Made by a program: the position numbers and the translations under genes
Assembly: GCA_943359325.1 (NCBI GenBank)
Contig: CALRHD010000001.1
Span: forward strand, 6,240-70,239
Source: Candidatus Uhrbacteria bacterium
GTDB taxonomy: Bacteria; Patescibacteriota; Patescibacteriia; UBA9934
Direction of reading: 5' to 3'
DNA: 64,000 nt
Part shown: positions 10,013 through 18,332 of the stretch, piece after piece
Layout of the letters: every line of letters begins with the position of its first letter
How positions within the stretch are numbered: the stretch's first letter is position 1
The notes under the pieces: generated by a model
Told to the model about the DNA's origin: nothing
The model's input: the letters and a program-made list of their open reading frames with translations, nothing else
Databases searched by the model: none

Positions 10013-10708
10013 ATGCAGGGTTCGATTCTTCGCGCGTCCTTCTCACGTCCAAAGGGACAAACACGAGACCGTGTGCATCGCATGACGGGCTACGATAGCA
10101 TTGTGCACATGGGTCGACACAACAGTGATGGTACCGATCGCAGTTGTGAATATTGTCGGAAGGTGTGTTGTGGCCTCATGCAAAACGTGCACCGGCTGCC
10201 GCTCAGCGATCGCACTGCCGTGCTCCACGGGATTTTGCAAACGGGACGTGGTAGAGGAGATTTGCGGCTATCGCAGTTTCACCGCACGGCACTTCTAGAC
10301 CAGATGCTCGGTGACATCGCCGTGATGGGCGTCAATGTGAATGAAGCAGGTGAGCGTATGCATTTGTCGCTTGACGCGGCACTGGGGCGTCGTAAGGAGA
10401 TTTTCGCCGCATTTCGGAGGTTGGCACGTACGGAAAAGACGGCGATGGCGTTGCGCGGCTCGAAGTACGATCGGCGATATCGCGTCTCTACTGGCCACGA
10501 ATGGGTCGATGCCGCTCCTGCGGACGAATTCACAGACGAACTCGAACGCCGTGCGGCAAAGCAAGCCGCAGCAAGAGAGGCGAAGAACACACTGCCCGAT
10601 ATCGACGGCACTCGGCCGCCGAACGGCGCGGAACTCACACGACGATTGTCGGCAAGTCGGCCACAGCAGCCCGCTCCTGCACCGCGCATTTCCGTCAGCG
10701 GTTCGTAA
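10013..10708 (+). CDS. hypothetical Arg-rich protein (orphan)
   Basis: 231 aa. A consensus Shine-Dalgarno AGGAGG sits 6 nt upstream of the ATG at 10013 (the track ORF starts earlier, at 9971). No recognisable domain. Cys cluster CEYCRKVCCG. Confidence 0.4.
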   Translation: MQGSILRASFSRPKGQTRDRVHRMTGYDSIVHMGRHNSDGTDRSCEYCRKVCCGLMQNVHRLPLSDRTAVLHGILQTGRGRGDLRLSQFHRTALLDQMLGDIAVMGVNVNEAGERMHLSLDAALGRRKEIFAAFRRLARTEKTAMALRGSKYDRRYRVSTGHEWVDAAPADEFTDELERRAAKQAAAREAKNTLPDIDGTRPPNGAELTRRLSASRPQQPAPAPRISVSGS

Positions 10709-10742
10709 CTGCTTCTCACGACTCTAGCTCCGGCTAGGGTCG

Positions 10743-10967
10743 TTGTGTTATTATGTAGTCAATATGTCTTTACTTCTTTTAGTCGGGCTTGTCATGTTCG
10801 GCGTTCCGTTTTTCCTCGTGGTGGGTTTCGCGGGATTCATCTTCGTTTCATTCATGAACGACGACCCTGACGCAAAAGGAATTTTTACCGTTGCACTTAT
10901 TCTCATGGTCATCGGACTTCTCCTTATTGCAGGCCATTTTGTGGGGAGCTGGATTAGCGTGACATAA
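10743..10967 (+). CDS. small two-TM membrane protein (hypothetical)
   Basis: 74 aa with two hydrophobic helices. The start is probably MSLLLLVG at about 10764. Confidence 0.35.
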   Translation: MCYYVVNMSLLLLVGLVMFGVPFFLVVGFAGFIFVSFMNDDPDAKGIFTVALILMVIGLLLIAGHFVGSWISVT

Positions 10968-10968
10968 C

Positions 10969-12252
10969 TTGGTACCATCGGGCGGTATGCGCTATTCTTC
11001 CAATTTTGCGAAAACGCTCAAAAACGCTCCGGCAGATGCCGAAACAACAAACGCGCGGCTCCTGCAACAAGCGGGTTTTGTCGACCAGCTCATGGCAGGC
11101 GTGTATTCGTATTTGCCGCTTGGACTTCGTGTCTTGCGAAAAATTGAGAACATTGTTCGTGAAGAAATGAACACACTCGGTGCAAACGAAGTGTTGATGC
11201 CAATTCTCCACCCTAAGGCGATTTGGGAGGCGACAGGGGCATGGAACAACGTCGACGTGTTGTTCAAATTGCAAAGTCGCACAGGGAACGAATATGCAAT
11301 TGGGCAGAGTGAAGAGGAGGTGGTGACGCCGCTCGTCATGCAACGTGCGCAGTCGTACAAACAATATCCGCTTGCCGTGTATCAAATTCACTGGAAGTAT
11401 CGCGATGAGCTGCGTGCAAAGTCGGGTATTATGCGTGGTCGTGAGTTTTTCATGAAAGACATGTACAGTTTTCACACAACGCAAGAAGACTTTGAGCGAT
11501 TTTATCAAAACGCGAAAGAGGCATATCTCCGTATTTTTTCGCGTCTTGGTTTGACAGCAAAAGTTACCGAAGCGTCGGGCGGGAATTTTTCCGAGAAGAT
11601 TTCGTACGAGTTTGAAGTGCTGACAGATGCAGGCGAAGATGTTGTATATTACTGTGATGCATGTGATTTTTGCGTGGAGGACGAAATTGCAAAGCAAAAG
11701 CCAGGCGACACCTGCCCGCGGTGCAGCAAGGACGTGCTCCACGAAGCAAAGGCGGCGGAGGTTGGCAATGTGTTCGACCTTGGAAAGAAATACGGAAAAG
11801 ACTTTGACCTTAGCTACACGGACGAGCAGGGCGAGAAGCAGTACCCGATTATGGGTTGCTACGGCATTGGCATTTCTCGGGTGATGGGCGTTATTGTCGA
11901 AAAGTACAACGACGAAAAGGGCATGATGTGGCCGAAAAGCGTTGCGCCATTTGCGGTTCATCTTGTATCGATTGTGGGCAAGAATGTCGACGGAACGGTC
12001 GCGGCTACGGCAGAAAGGCTGTACGACGACCTCGTGGTGGTGGGTGTTGAGGTTCTGTGGGATGACCGTGAAGACGTTTCGGCGGGAGCAAAATTTGCGG
12101 ACGCCGACCTCATCGGTATTCCGCTCCGTCTCGTCGTTTCTGAGAAAACGCTTGCGGAGAGTGAGGTCGAGTGGAAGGAACGATCGGCGAGCGAGGCATC
12201 ACGGGTTTCTCTGGCAGAAATTATTGAAAAAGTACGAAGTTTTCAACTTTAG
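10969..12252 (+). CDS. proS: prolyl-tRNA synthetase, short form lacking INS editing domain
   Basis: 427 aa class II aaRS (motif 2 FRAE-like, motif 3). Where the INS domain sits in the bacterial-type enzyme there is a Cys4 segment YYCDACDF...CPRCS. The probable start is MRYSSNF at about 10987. Confidence 0.92.
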   Translation: MVPSGGMRYSSNFAKTLKNAPADAETTNARLLQQAGFVDQLMAGVYSYLPLGLRVLRKIENIVREEMNTLGANEVLMPILHPKAIWEATGAWNNVDVLFKLQSRTGNEYAIGQSEEEVVTPLVMQRAQSYKQYPLAVYQIHWKYRDELRAKSGIMRGREFFMKDMYSFHTTQEDFERFYQNAKEAYLRIFSRLGLTAKVTEASGGNFSEKISYEFEVLTDAGEDVVYYCDACDFCVEDEIAKQKPGDTCPRCSKDVLHEAKAAEVGNVFDLGKKYGKDFDLSYTDEQGEKQYPIMGCYGIGISRVMGVIVEKYNDEKGMMWPKSVAPFAVHLVSIVGKNVDGTVAATAERLYDDLVVVGVEVLWDDREDVSAGAKFADADLIGIPLRLVVSEKTLAESEVEWKERSASEASRVSLAEIIEKVRSFQL

Positions 12253-12259
12253 AAGAATT

Positions 12260-12293
12260 GAAGCCCCAATCGCATTGTTGCGACGGGGGCTTC
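12260..12293. terminator. bidirectional stem-loop between convergent proS and GGDEF gene
   Basis: GAAGCCCC...GGGGCTTC outer stem with an inner ATCGCA/TGCGA pairing. Confidence 0.5.
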
Positions 12294-12298
12294 ACGGT

Positions 12299-12919
12299 TT
12301 ACACGATTCTTCGGGTTTTCTTTTCGTCGAGCATGTGCTCGTCGGCGAGTTCAACAAGTGCGTTTGCGTTCATCCCCTCATCCTTATACGGATTCCAGAC
12401 TACCACACCAATGGATGCCCTTGGGGTAATGTTGTCGATATCTGCATCGAGTGCCTGCGCAGCAAGCAAGGTATTGATGCGCCGTTTGGCTCCATCTGCC
12501 GCACTCCACGACGCATCACGGAGGAGAATGGCGAACTCATCGCCACCCATCCGTGCTACTTCATCGTTCGGTCGCGTTGCGTCGACCATTGCTTTGACGA
12601 CCGCCGCTATGATCATGTCACCAGCGGCATGCCCATACGTGTCGTTTACTTTTTTGAGGCCGTCGATATCGATGTAGAGGACACAGATCGACATACCCGC
12701 AGCATTTTTGCGTGAACACCGCCGATCCATTTCACGTTGTAGCCTCGCCATGAAGGCGGGTTTGTTGAGAAGGCCCGTCACGGGCTCAATCGCGAGCCGC
12801 TGCTCGAGTTCGGAAATACGCCAGTCTTTTTCAATAAGCAGTCCGCGAAGATATCCTGCAGGTTTATCCAAATATTGACGAACAGCCATTTGAAATGCGG
12901 CGTCAGTTTTGGCGGCCAT
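12299..12919 (-). CDS. diguanylate cyclase (stand-alone GGDEF domain)
   Basis: 206 aa. It has a coiled-coil N-terminus, the GGDEF active-site motif RMGGDEFAIL and substrate-binding residues (YGHAAGD). Confidence 0.85.
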   Translation of the reverse strand: MAAKTDAAFQMAVRQYLDKPAGYLRGLLIEKDWRISELEQRLAIEPVTGLLNKPAFMARLQREMDRRCSRKNAAGMSICVLYIDIDGLKKVNDTYGHAAGDMIIAAVVKAMVDATRPNDEVARMGGDEFAILLRDASWSAADGAKRRINTLLAAQALDADIDNITPRASIGVVVWNPYKDEGMNANALVELADEHMLDEKKTRRIV

Positions 12920-12975
12920 GAGTGCTCCGTTGAGAGAAAAACGTCACCGTTATGGCGACGTTTCACTCTAGCAGA

Positions 12976-13260
12976 TTATACTTTTTTCTTCAAGGCGTCC
13001 TTCAGTGCCTTGCCTGCCTTGAATTTTGGTACAAGCACCGCGGGGATTTGCATCTTTTCTGTTGGTTTTTGGGGATTGACGCCCATGCGTGCCGAACGGA
13101 CTTTACTTGAAAATGTGCCGAACCCTGCGATGGTGACTTCCTCGCCGCCGACGAGGGCCTGCGTCACAATATCTTCGAACAATGCAACAAAGTCTTCTGC
13201 GTTCTTTTTGGCGATTCCGAGTTTTTCTGCAACACGCAGTGCAAGTTCTGCTTTGTTCAT
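12976..13260 (-). CDS. hup: DNA-binding protein HU
   Basis: 95 aa from the ATG at 13258-13260. It begins MNKAELALRVAEKLGIAKKNAEDFV and contains GFGTF plus the arm motif RMGVNPQKP. Confidence 0.85.
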   Translation of the reverse strand: MNKAELALRVAEKLGIAKKNAEDFVALFEDIVTQALVGGEEVTIAGFGTFSSKVRSARMGVNPQKPTEKMQIPAVLVPKFKAGKALKDALKKKV

Positions 13261-13419
13261 AAAACAAATATTTGATGTGAATGCGCTTATGTTAGCCACG
13301 TTCGATGGATTGGTCAAGCACCGACACCGGCTGGCGTAAGCCGAGGCCTTGCTGTACGGACTGCGGTCGGAGGGTCGCAGCGAGGAGCGGACTATCCCAC
13401 GCTGCGGTGTTGGTGTGCG

Positions 13420-14949
13420 CTATCTTGCGTATTCAATGACGCGGGTTTCTCGGATGACGGTGACGCGGACTTCGCCAGGGTACTGCAACTCACTTTCAAT
13501 CTTTTTGGCAATGTCGCGTGCAAGCTGTGTGGCGCCGTAATCATCGAGTTTTGACGGCTCGACGAATACGCGAACTTCGCGGCCGGCCTGAATTGCGTAT
13601 GCTTTTTCGACGCCTTCAAAGCCTGTCGCGACCATCTCAAGCCCCTCGAGTCGGCGCAAATAATCTTCGACCGAATTACGACGTGCTCCTGGACGTGCAC
13701 CACTAATTGCGTCAGCAGCCTTCACAATCGTACCTTCAATGGTGCGTGGTCTGTCCTCGTGGTGCGCAATTGACTGGTAGCACATTTCTTCGGGGAAGCC
13801 GAACTTTTTCATGATGTTGTACCCAATTTGTGGGTGGGCGCCCTGCATGTCGTGGTCCACAGCTTTTCCGATGTCATGGAAGAGCCCGCCTTTTTTGCAC
13901 GCAAACGAATCCATGCCAAGCTCGTCGGCGATCATACCCGAAATACGCGCCACCTCAATCGAGTGCTGCAGCACATTTTGGCCATAACTTGTGCGGAATT
14001 TGAGACGTCCCAAGATTGAAACCAATTTCGGATCGATCGACGTCACAGGAATGCCGAGTTCGTAAAGCGCATCCTCGCCGCATTTTTTCATCTCTTTTGC
14101 CAAGTCCTTTTTTGCCTCATTCACGGCGTCTTCAATCTTCGCGGGTTGAATACGACCATCCTTCATGAGCATCTCCAGCGCGCGTTTTGCGACTTGGCGA
14201 CGTACGGGCGAAAAGCCGCTAATGGTGATCGCTTCTGGCGTGTCGTCGATAATAAATTCGCAGCCAGTCAAATGTTCAAGTGCCTTAATGTTACGCCCTT
14301 CCTTGCCGATAATACGCCCTTTCATGTCGTCGGTGGGGAGCTGCACGAGCGACGTTGTGGCGTCGACAACGTGGCTCGACGCAAACCGCTGAATCACGAG
14401 CGAGAGAATTTTGCGCGCTTTTGCTTCGAGTTCGTCTTCGCCAATTTCGTCCAATTTGCGCAGACGCGACATGAGGGCGTCTTTTGACTCTTCCTCAACG
14501 CGCGACATGAAAATTTCCTGCGCCGATTCTTTTGTAAGCCCCGCAATTTCTTGTAGTTTCGTTTCGGCGGCGACGGCAAGTTCGGTGACGCGACCACGCA
14601 TGGCGTCGACTTCTGCTTTGTCTTGGTCGACACGGGCTTTGCGATTTTCAAACTCAAGAAGCGTTTTGTCGAGAAGCTGTTCGCGTTCGCTTAAATGACG
14701 TTGTGCGTCTTTGTGTTCAATGCGGTCGCGTTCCACATCGCGCCTTCCTTCTTCTTGAATGGCGATCGCTTTTTCTTTTGCGTTGATGAGAATTTCTTGT
14801 TCTTTTGTTTTTGCCTCTTGGAGCAGTTTTTCTGCACGAAGTTCCGCAGTGCTCATCTTATTTTGCGAGAGCACGCGGCGAACAACGTAACCAAGGGCGC
14901 CTCCAAGTGCGAGTCCAAAAAGGACTCCCAACACTGTGAATGCGTTCAT
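13420..14949 (-). CDS. rny: ribonuclease Y
   Basis: 509 aa with an N-terminal TM helix, a coiled coil, a KH domain (IIGKEGRNIKALE) and an HD domain (HHEDRP...). Confidence 0.92.
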   Translation of the reverse strand: MNAFTVLGVLFGLALGGALGYVVRRVLSQNKMSTAELRAEKLLQEAKTKEQEILINAKEKAIAIQEEGRRDVERDRIEHKDAQRHLSEREQLLDKTLLEFENRKARVDQDKAEVDAMRGRVTELAVAAETKLQEIAGLTKESAQEIFMSRVEEESKDALMSRLRKLDEIGEDELEAKARKILSLVIQRFASSHVVDATTSLVQLPTDDMKGRIIGKEGRNIKALEHLTGCEFIIDDTPEAITISGFSPVRRQVAKRALEMLMKDGRIQPAKIEDAVNEAKKDLAKEMKKCGEDALYELGIPVTSIDPKLVSILGRLKFRTSYGQNVLQHSIEVARISGMIADELGMDSFACKKGGLFHDIGKAVDHDMQGAHPQIGYNIMKKFGFPEEMCYQSIAHHEDRPRTIEGTIVKAADAISGARPGARRNSVEDYLRRLEGLEMVATGFEGVEKAYAIQAGREVRVFVEPSKLDDYGATQLARDIAKKIESELQYPGEVRVTVIRETRVIEYAR

Positions 14950-15051
14950 ATTTTCAAAAGCCGTCGAACGAAAATGGAAAAATCTTCAAAAAGTTGCTAT
15001 AACATCCGCTTTCCGTAACGACATGCGTCAAGACTTACGTCATGGAGATTA

Positions 15052-15708
15052 TCACGACGTGGCAAGGGCGTCGAGCGTCACCGCATTTTCTACCCGAAAG
15101 TCGCCGATCGCGGTGCGGCGCAGGGCAGTGAGATAGCCGACAGTGCCGAGTGCAAGGCCGAGGTCGCGAGCAAGTGCGCGAATGTAGGTGCCGGAAGAGC
15201 ACTTTATGGAACAGTGTAGGTTGTAGGGAGTAGGTTGTAGGGAGTAGGTCTCAAGAAGTGCAAAAGAGAAAATAGTGACAGGGCGGGGTGCGCGTTCCAC
15301 TTCAATACCTTGGCGTGCGAGGTCGTAGAGTTTTTTTCCGCCGATTTTTATGGCGGAATACATCGGGGGAATTTGGAGAATATCGCCCGTCAACGACTGC
15401 ATGGCTTTTTTGACCATCTCCTCAGTCATGTTCACAACTGGCCCGTCGGTAACGTCGCTTTCAGGGTCGAGTGTCGTCGACGTACGGCCAATACAAATCT
15501 CTGCCTCGTACTCTTTTGTCATGCCGACGTACTGTGCGATGTTTTTTGTTTCCTCGCGACCAACGGCGACGATGAGCAATCCCGTTGCAAATGGGTCGAG
15601 CGTTCCTGCGTGGCCAACGGTCCGCTCGCCAGTGATTTTTCGTACGCGGTCAACAACGTCGTGGGACGTGATGCCCGCGGGTTTGTCGATAAGAAGCAAT
15701 TGCGCCAT
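15052..15708 (-). CDS. truB: tRNA pseudouridine(55) synthase TruB (no PUA domain)
   Basis: 218 aa. Begins LLIDKPAGITSHDVVDRVRKI with catalytic motif GHAGTLDPFATGLL. It contains the GTAGGNN heptad-repeat nucleotides in frame. Confidence 0.9.
   Translation of the reverse strand: MAQLLLIDKPAGITSHDVVDRVRKITGERTVGHAGTLDPFATGLLIVAVGREETKNIAQYVGMTKEYEAEICIGRTSTTLDPESDVTDGPVVNMTEEMVKKAMQSLTGDILQIPPMYSAIKIGGKKLYDLARQGIEVERAPRPVTIFSFALLETYSLQPTPYNLHCSIKCSSGTYIRALARDLGLALGTVGYLTALRRTAIGDFRVENAVTLDALATS
15214..15252. repeat. GTAGGNN heptad tandem repeat (5 units) inside truB CDS
   Basis: GTGTAGGTTGTAGGGAGTAGGTTGTAGGGAGTAGGTC. Its 21-nt core GTGTAGGTTGTAGGGAGTAGG is identical to 20405-20425. Confidence 0.7.
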
Positions 15709-15711
15709 AAC

Positions 15712-16431
15712 TTATGGCGTATTGTTTGCGATGCTGTTTGCTGCGGCAACCATAAGGTCGATGAACGACATTTCGCTGCCATACGAAGTGAGCGCAAACG
15801 AACCGCCTTCGCCGTGTGTCACGGTGACGCCATAGGCAGCCGCGAAATAGTCCCACTCGTTCGTTGTCGTGATGATGGTGGGATTTGATGTTCTTGCGAG
15901 CGTCTCGCGAATTTGCGTGTCTGCGGCATCGAGTTTTGCGAGGTATGTTACGAGGTTTGCTTGGAATGTTGCCCGATAGGCAGGAAAATGGCTGCTCAAA
16001 TCTTTTTCTGCAAGTGTTGCCATCTGTTTCGCGTTTCCGATTGTGAGAAAATAGTAGGGGTTTGGTTGCATGCCTTCGTCTCGGCGGATTGCAATGTCGG
16101 CAGACAACGTAAGGACGTCAGTTTTTGCATCGGCGATTGTTGTTGACCAGTCATCGAGTCCAAATCCAATACGATAAATAACACGCGTGTCGTTTACGCT
16201 GAATCGATCAAGTGTTGACGGTGTATACGTGCGAGGATCGACCTGCGCGGGTACAAGGAGTTTTGTTGTGACGGCGTCGCCTGCGATAGTCTTCACGACA
16301 TCGTAAAGCGGGTACATCGTGACTGCGACCTGTGGGTCTTTTTCGGGTGCAGGCGGTGCGTTGCGTGTGGCAATCGCAATAACACCGATGAGAATAATAG
16401 CTCCGAAAATGAAGAGTGTAATTTTTTTCAT
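15712..16431 (-). CDS. periplasmic solute-binding protein, ZnuA/TroA-like (short, His-poor)
   Basis: 239 aa with a signal peptide. VAVTMYPLYDVVKTIAGDAVTTKLLVPAQVDPRTYTPS aligns with the ZnuA motif ...YPLYDF..VGGD.V.V..L.P.G.EPHDYEP, but the metal-binding His residues are replaced. Confidence 0.5.
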   Translation of the reverse strand: MKKITLFIFGAIILIGVIAIATRNAPPAPEKDPQVAVTMYPLYDVVKTIAGDAVTTKLLVPAQVDPRTYTPSTLDRFSVNDTRVIYRIGFGLDDWSTTIADAKTDVLTLSADIAIRRDEGMQPNPYYFLTIGNAKQMATLAEKDLSSHFPAYRATFQANLVTYLAKLDAADTQIRETLARTSNPTIITTTNEWDYFAAAYGVTVTHGEGGSFALTSYGSEMSFIDLMVAAANSIANNTP

Positions 16432-16513
16432 ATTGTGAAAACGGTATCACTTCTGCCCATGATGTCAACGGAGGTGTATACTGTAACGCATCGAGTAGAA
16501 GTGTAGAAAATGT

Positions 16514-17638
16514 ATGTATCTCGGTAAAATCATCACCTTGAGTATCGCTATCATGTTTTTTGCGACGATAAATGTTTTGGCTGCAGAAGAAACAACAGTG
16601 CCTCCTACAGAGTATCAAAGTCGTGAAGTGATCGGGACGGTCGACGGTGTGAACATTGGCGACGAAGGGCAGGTGGGTTTGTGGGTGACGGGTGATGATG
16701 GGGGGCTCTACACCGTCGACACATCGATTTCCGTTCCTGAGGGTTTACAGTATCGTGTGGCAAAAGGTGACCGTGTTATTTTGCAACTGGTTGATAATAT
16801 TGATGGTACGGAGACTGCGTATTTCAGCGACATCGTTCGTACGCGCGGGCTCTGGTGGGCATTTGCAATTTTTGCGGCGGTGATAGTGCTTGTAGGGCTA
16901 AAACGTGGCGTGTTTGCACTTGTGGGGTTTGTTGCGACCGTCGGAATGCTGTTCTGGTTTATGTTTCCCCGTATTCTTGCGGGTGCCGATCCGGTTCTTG
17001 TCGCAGTAATTGCGGGCGTTGCTATTCTCGCAATCAATCTGTTTTTGTCGCACGGTTTTACACGAAATGCGATGATCGCGCTTGCGAGTACGAGTATTGG
17101 CGTGGTATTGGCATGGGGCATTGGTTCGCTTTTTGTAAGCCTCGCGAAGTTATCGGGAATGGCAACCGACGAATCTGTTTTCTTATATTGGCAAATTGGG
17201 ACACTGCATGTCCCCGCAGGGTTGTTGCTGGCAGGCATCATCATCGGCACTGTTGGTGTACTTGACGACGTCGCCATTACGCAGTGCGAAACAGTCGCAG
17301 AGTTAAAGTCGGCGAACGGTGCGTTCACGGCAAGAGAGTTGTTTGTACGTGCCATGCGCGTTGGTCGGCATCACATTGCGTCGGCGGTCAATACGTTGGT
17401 GTTAGCGTATGCGGGCGCGTCGCTGCCGCTTTTTCTCATTTTTTTGGCGAGTAGCGACGTTTCACTCTGGCGGTTTTTGAACACGGAAATTGTTGCGGAG
17501 GAAATTGTTCGTACCCTCGGCGGCACGACAGCACTTGTGCTCATTGTGCCTCTCGCGACATTTGTTGCCGCATTGGCATGGGGGAGAGTTGGCGTGGAAA
17601 GTCGGGCAGAGTTTGAAGATCACGAACATGATGGGTGA
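16514..17638 (+). CDS. polytopic membrane protein (YibE/F-like)
   Basis: 374 aa. It has a signal anchor, a soluble N-terminal domain and about 6 TM helices. The family assignment is tentative. Confidence 0.45.
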   Translation: MYLGKIITLSIAIMFFATINVLAAEETTVPPTEYQSREVIGTVDGVNIGDEGQVGLWVTGDDGGLYTVDTSISVPEGLQYRVAKGDRVILQLVDNIDGTETAYFSDIVRTRGLWWAFAIFAAVIVLVGLKRGVFALVGFVATVGMLFWFMFPRILAGADPVLVAVIAGVAILAINLFLSHGFTRNAMIALASTSIGVVLAWGIGSLFVSLAKLSGMATDESVFLYWQIGTLHVPAGLLLAGIIIGTVGVLDDVAITQCETVAELKSANGAFTARELFVRAMRVGRHHIASAVNTLVLAYAGASLPLFLIFLASSDVSLWRFLNTEIVAEEIVRTLGGTTALVLIVPLATFVAALAWGRVGVESRAEFEDHEHDG

Positions 17639-17693
17639 TATACTCAGCGACGACACATACTCATGAATAGCTCCCAGCGACATCACACAGGCT

Positions 17694-17760
17694 TGTCATT
17701 CCCGCGTAGGCGGGAATCCAGATAAAATCAATCCGTATCCCCATTTTCATGGGGATGACA
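17694..17760 (+). repeat. two-hairpin intergenic element, copy 1
   Basis: TGTCA-TTCCCGCG-TAG-GCGGGAAT-CCA...ATCCCCAT-TTTC-ATGGGGAT-GACA. The 64-nt paralogue at 56734-56797 preserves both stems through compensatory changes. Confidence 0.7.
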
Positions 17761-17804
17761 ACGAAAGTATGTCTTAAGAAGAAAGGTTTGGATACATTCA
17801 TGTT

Positions 17805-18326
17805 ATGAATTTCGGAAAAACTACTATCGATGTCATGACGAGTACCGCAGTCATTTTTTTGACTGTGGCGATTGTTGCGATGATCGTTGGCCCTGCGCAC
17901 CGGTTGGCGGTCCATAACGACGACGTTCGGACGGACGATGTACGCAATATCATGGAAGCCATTCTCGACATGCAAACCGTCGACCCTGCCCGCGTCGATA
18001 ATTTGCGCAGCGCATTGGAATCTGCCGGATCTCCACCTCGAGTCATGATCTCCGGCGGAGCCGGATCCGGCTTTGCCGGAGGCAAAAATACATCGTGCGC
18101 TGGCGATCACGGCGTTCAGTGCGGTGATGCTATTTTGGCAGACACATGTGTCGACATCATGCCGTTCATCGACGGTTATATTTCTCACATCCCCGTTGAC
18201 ACCGCTGCGGGTTTCACCTCGGCCGCGACAGGATATTACATCGACTTTTCTCCCGGAACGCTCGAAGTCGGCGCATGTAACCCTGAAACACAGTCGACCA
18301 TTCGCCTATCGCGGACGTTTTATTAG
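17805..18326 (+). CDS. hypothetical membrane-anchored protein
   Basis: 173 aa with an N-terminal TM helix (TAVIFLTVAIVAMIV) and a Gly/Cys-containing extracellular region. It was preferred over the overlapping antisense ORF 17661-18188. Confidence 0.4.
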   Translation: MNFGKTTIDVMTSTAVIFLTVAIVAMIVGPAHRLAVHNDDVRTDDVRNIMEAILDMQTVDPARVDNLRSALESAGSPPRVMISGGAGSGFAGGKNTSCAGDHGVQCGDAILADTCVDIMPFIDGYISHIPVDTAAGFTSAATGYYIDFSPGTLEVGACNPETQSTIRLSRTFY

Positions 18327-18332
18327 CCCATT

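Noticed and set aside
9525-10083. Track ORFs 9525-9758(-) and 9799-10083(-) with 'GFEPEG...' and '...GRDSNPRPSD' peptides
   Set aside because: These are antisense or overlapping translations of the tRNA-Arg and tRNA-Lys genes. The motifs are the classic artefacts of tRNA sequence, not proteins.
10954-11961. 335-aa minus-strand ORF opposite proS. Similar long antisense ORFs occur opposite fusA (35351-36322), tuf (39068-40279), gyrA, leuS, secY and others.
   Set aside because: All lie antisense to strongly supported conserved genes, have odd composition (His/Arg/Cys-rich) and no motifs. They are typical GC-rich antisense frames.
17661-18188. Minus-strand ORF overlapping the plus-strand ORF 17805-18326
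   Set aside because: The plus-strand product has a clear N-terminal TM helix and plausible composition. The minus-strand product is Cys/His/Arg-rich with no features. Only the plus-strand ORF is kept, at low confidence.
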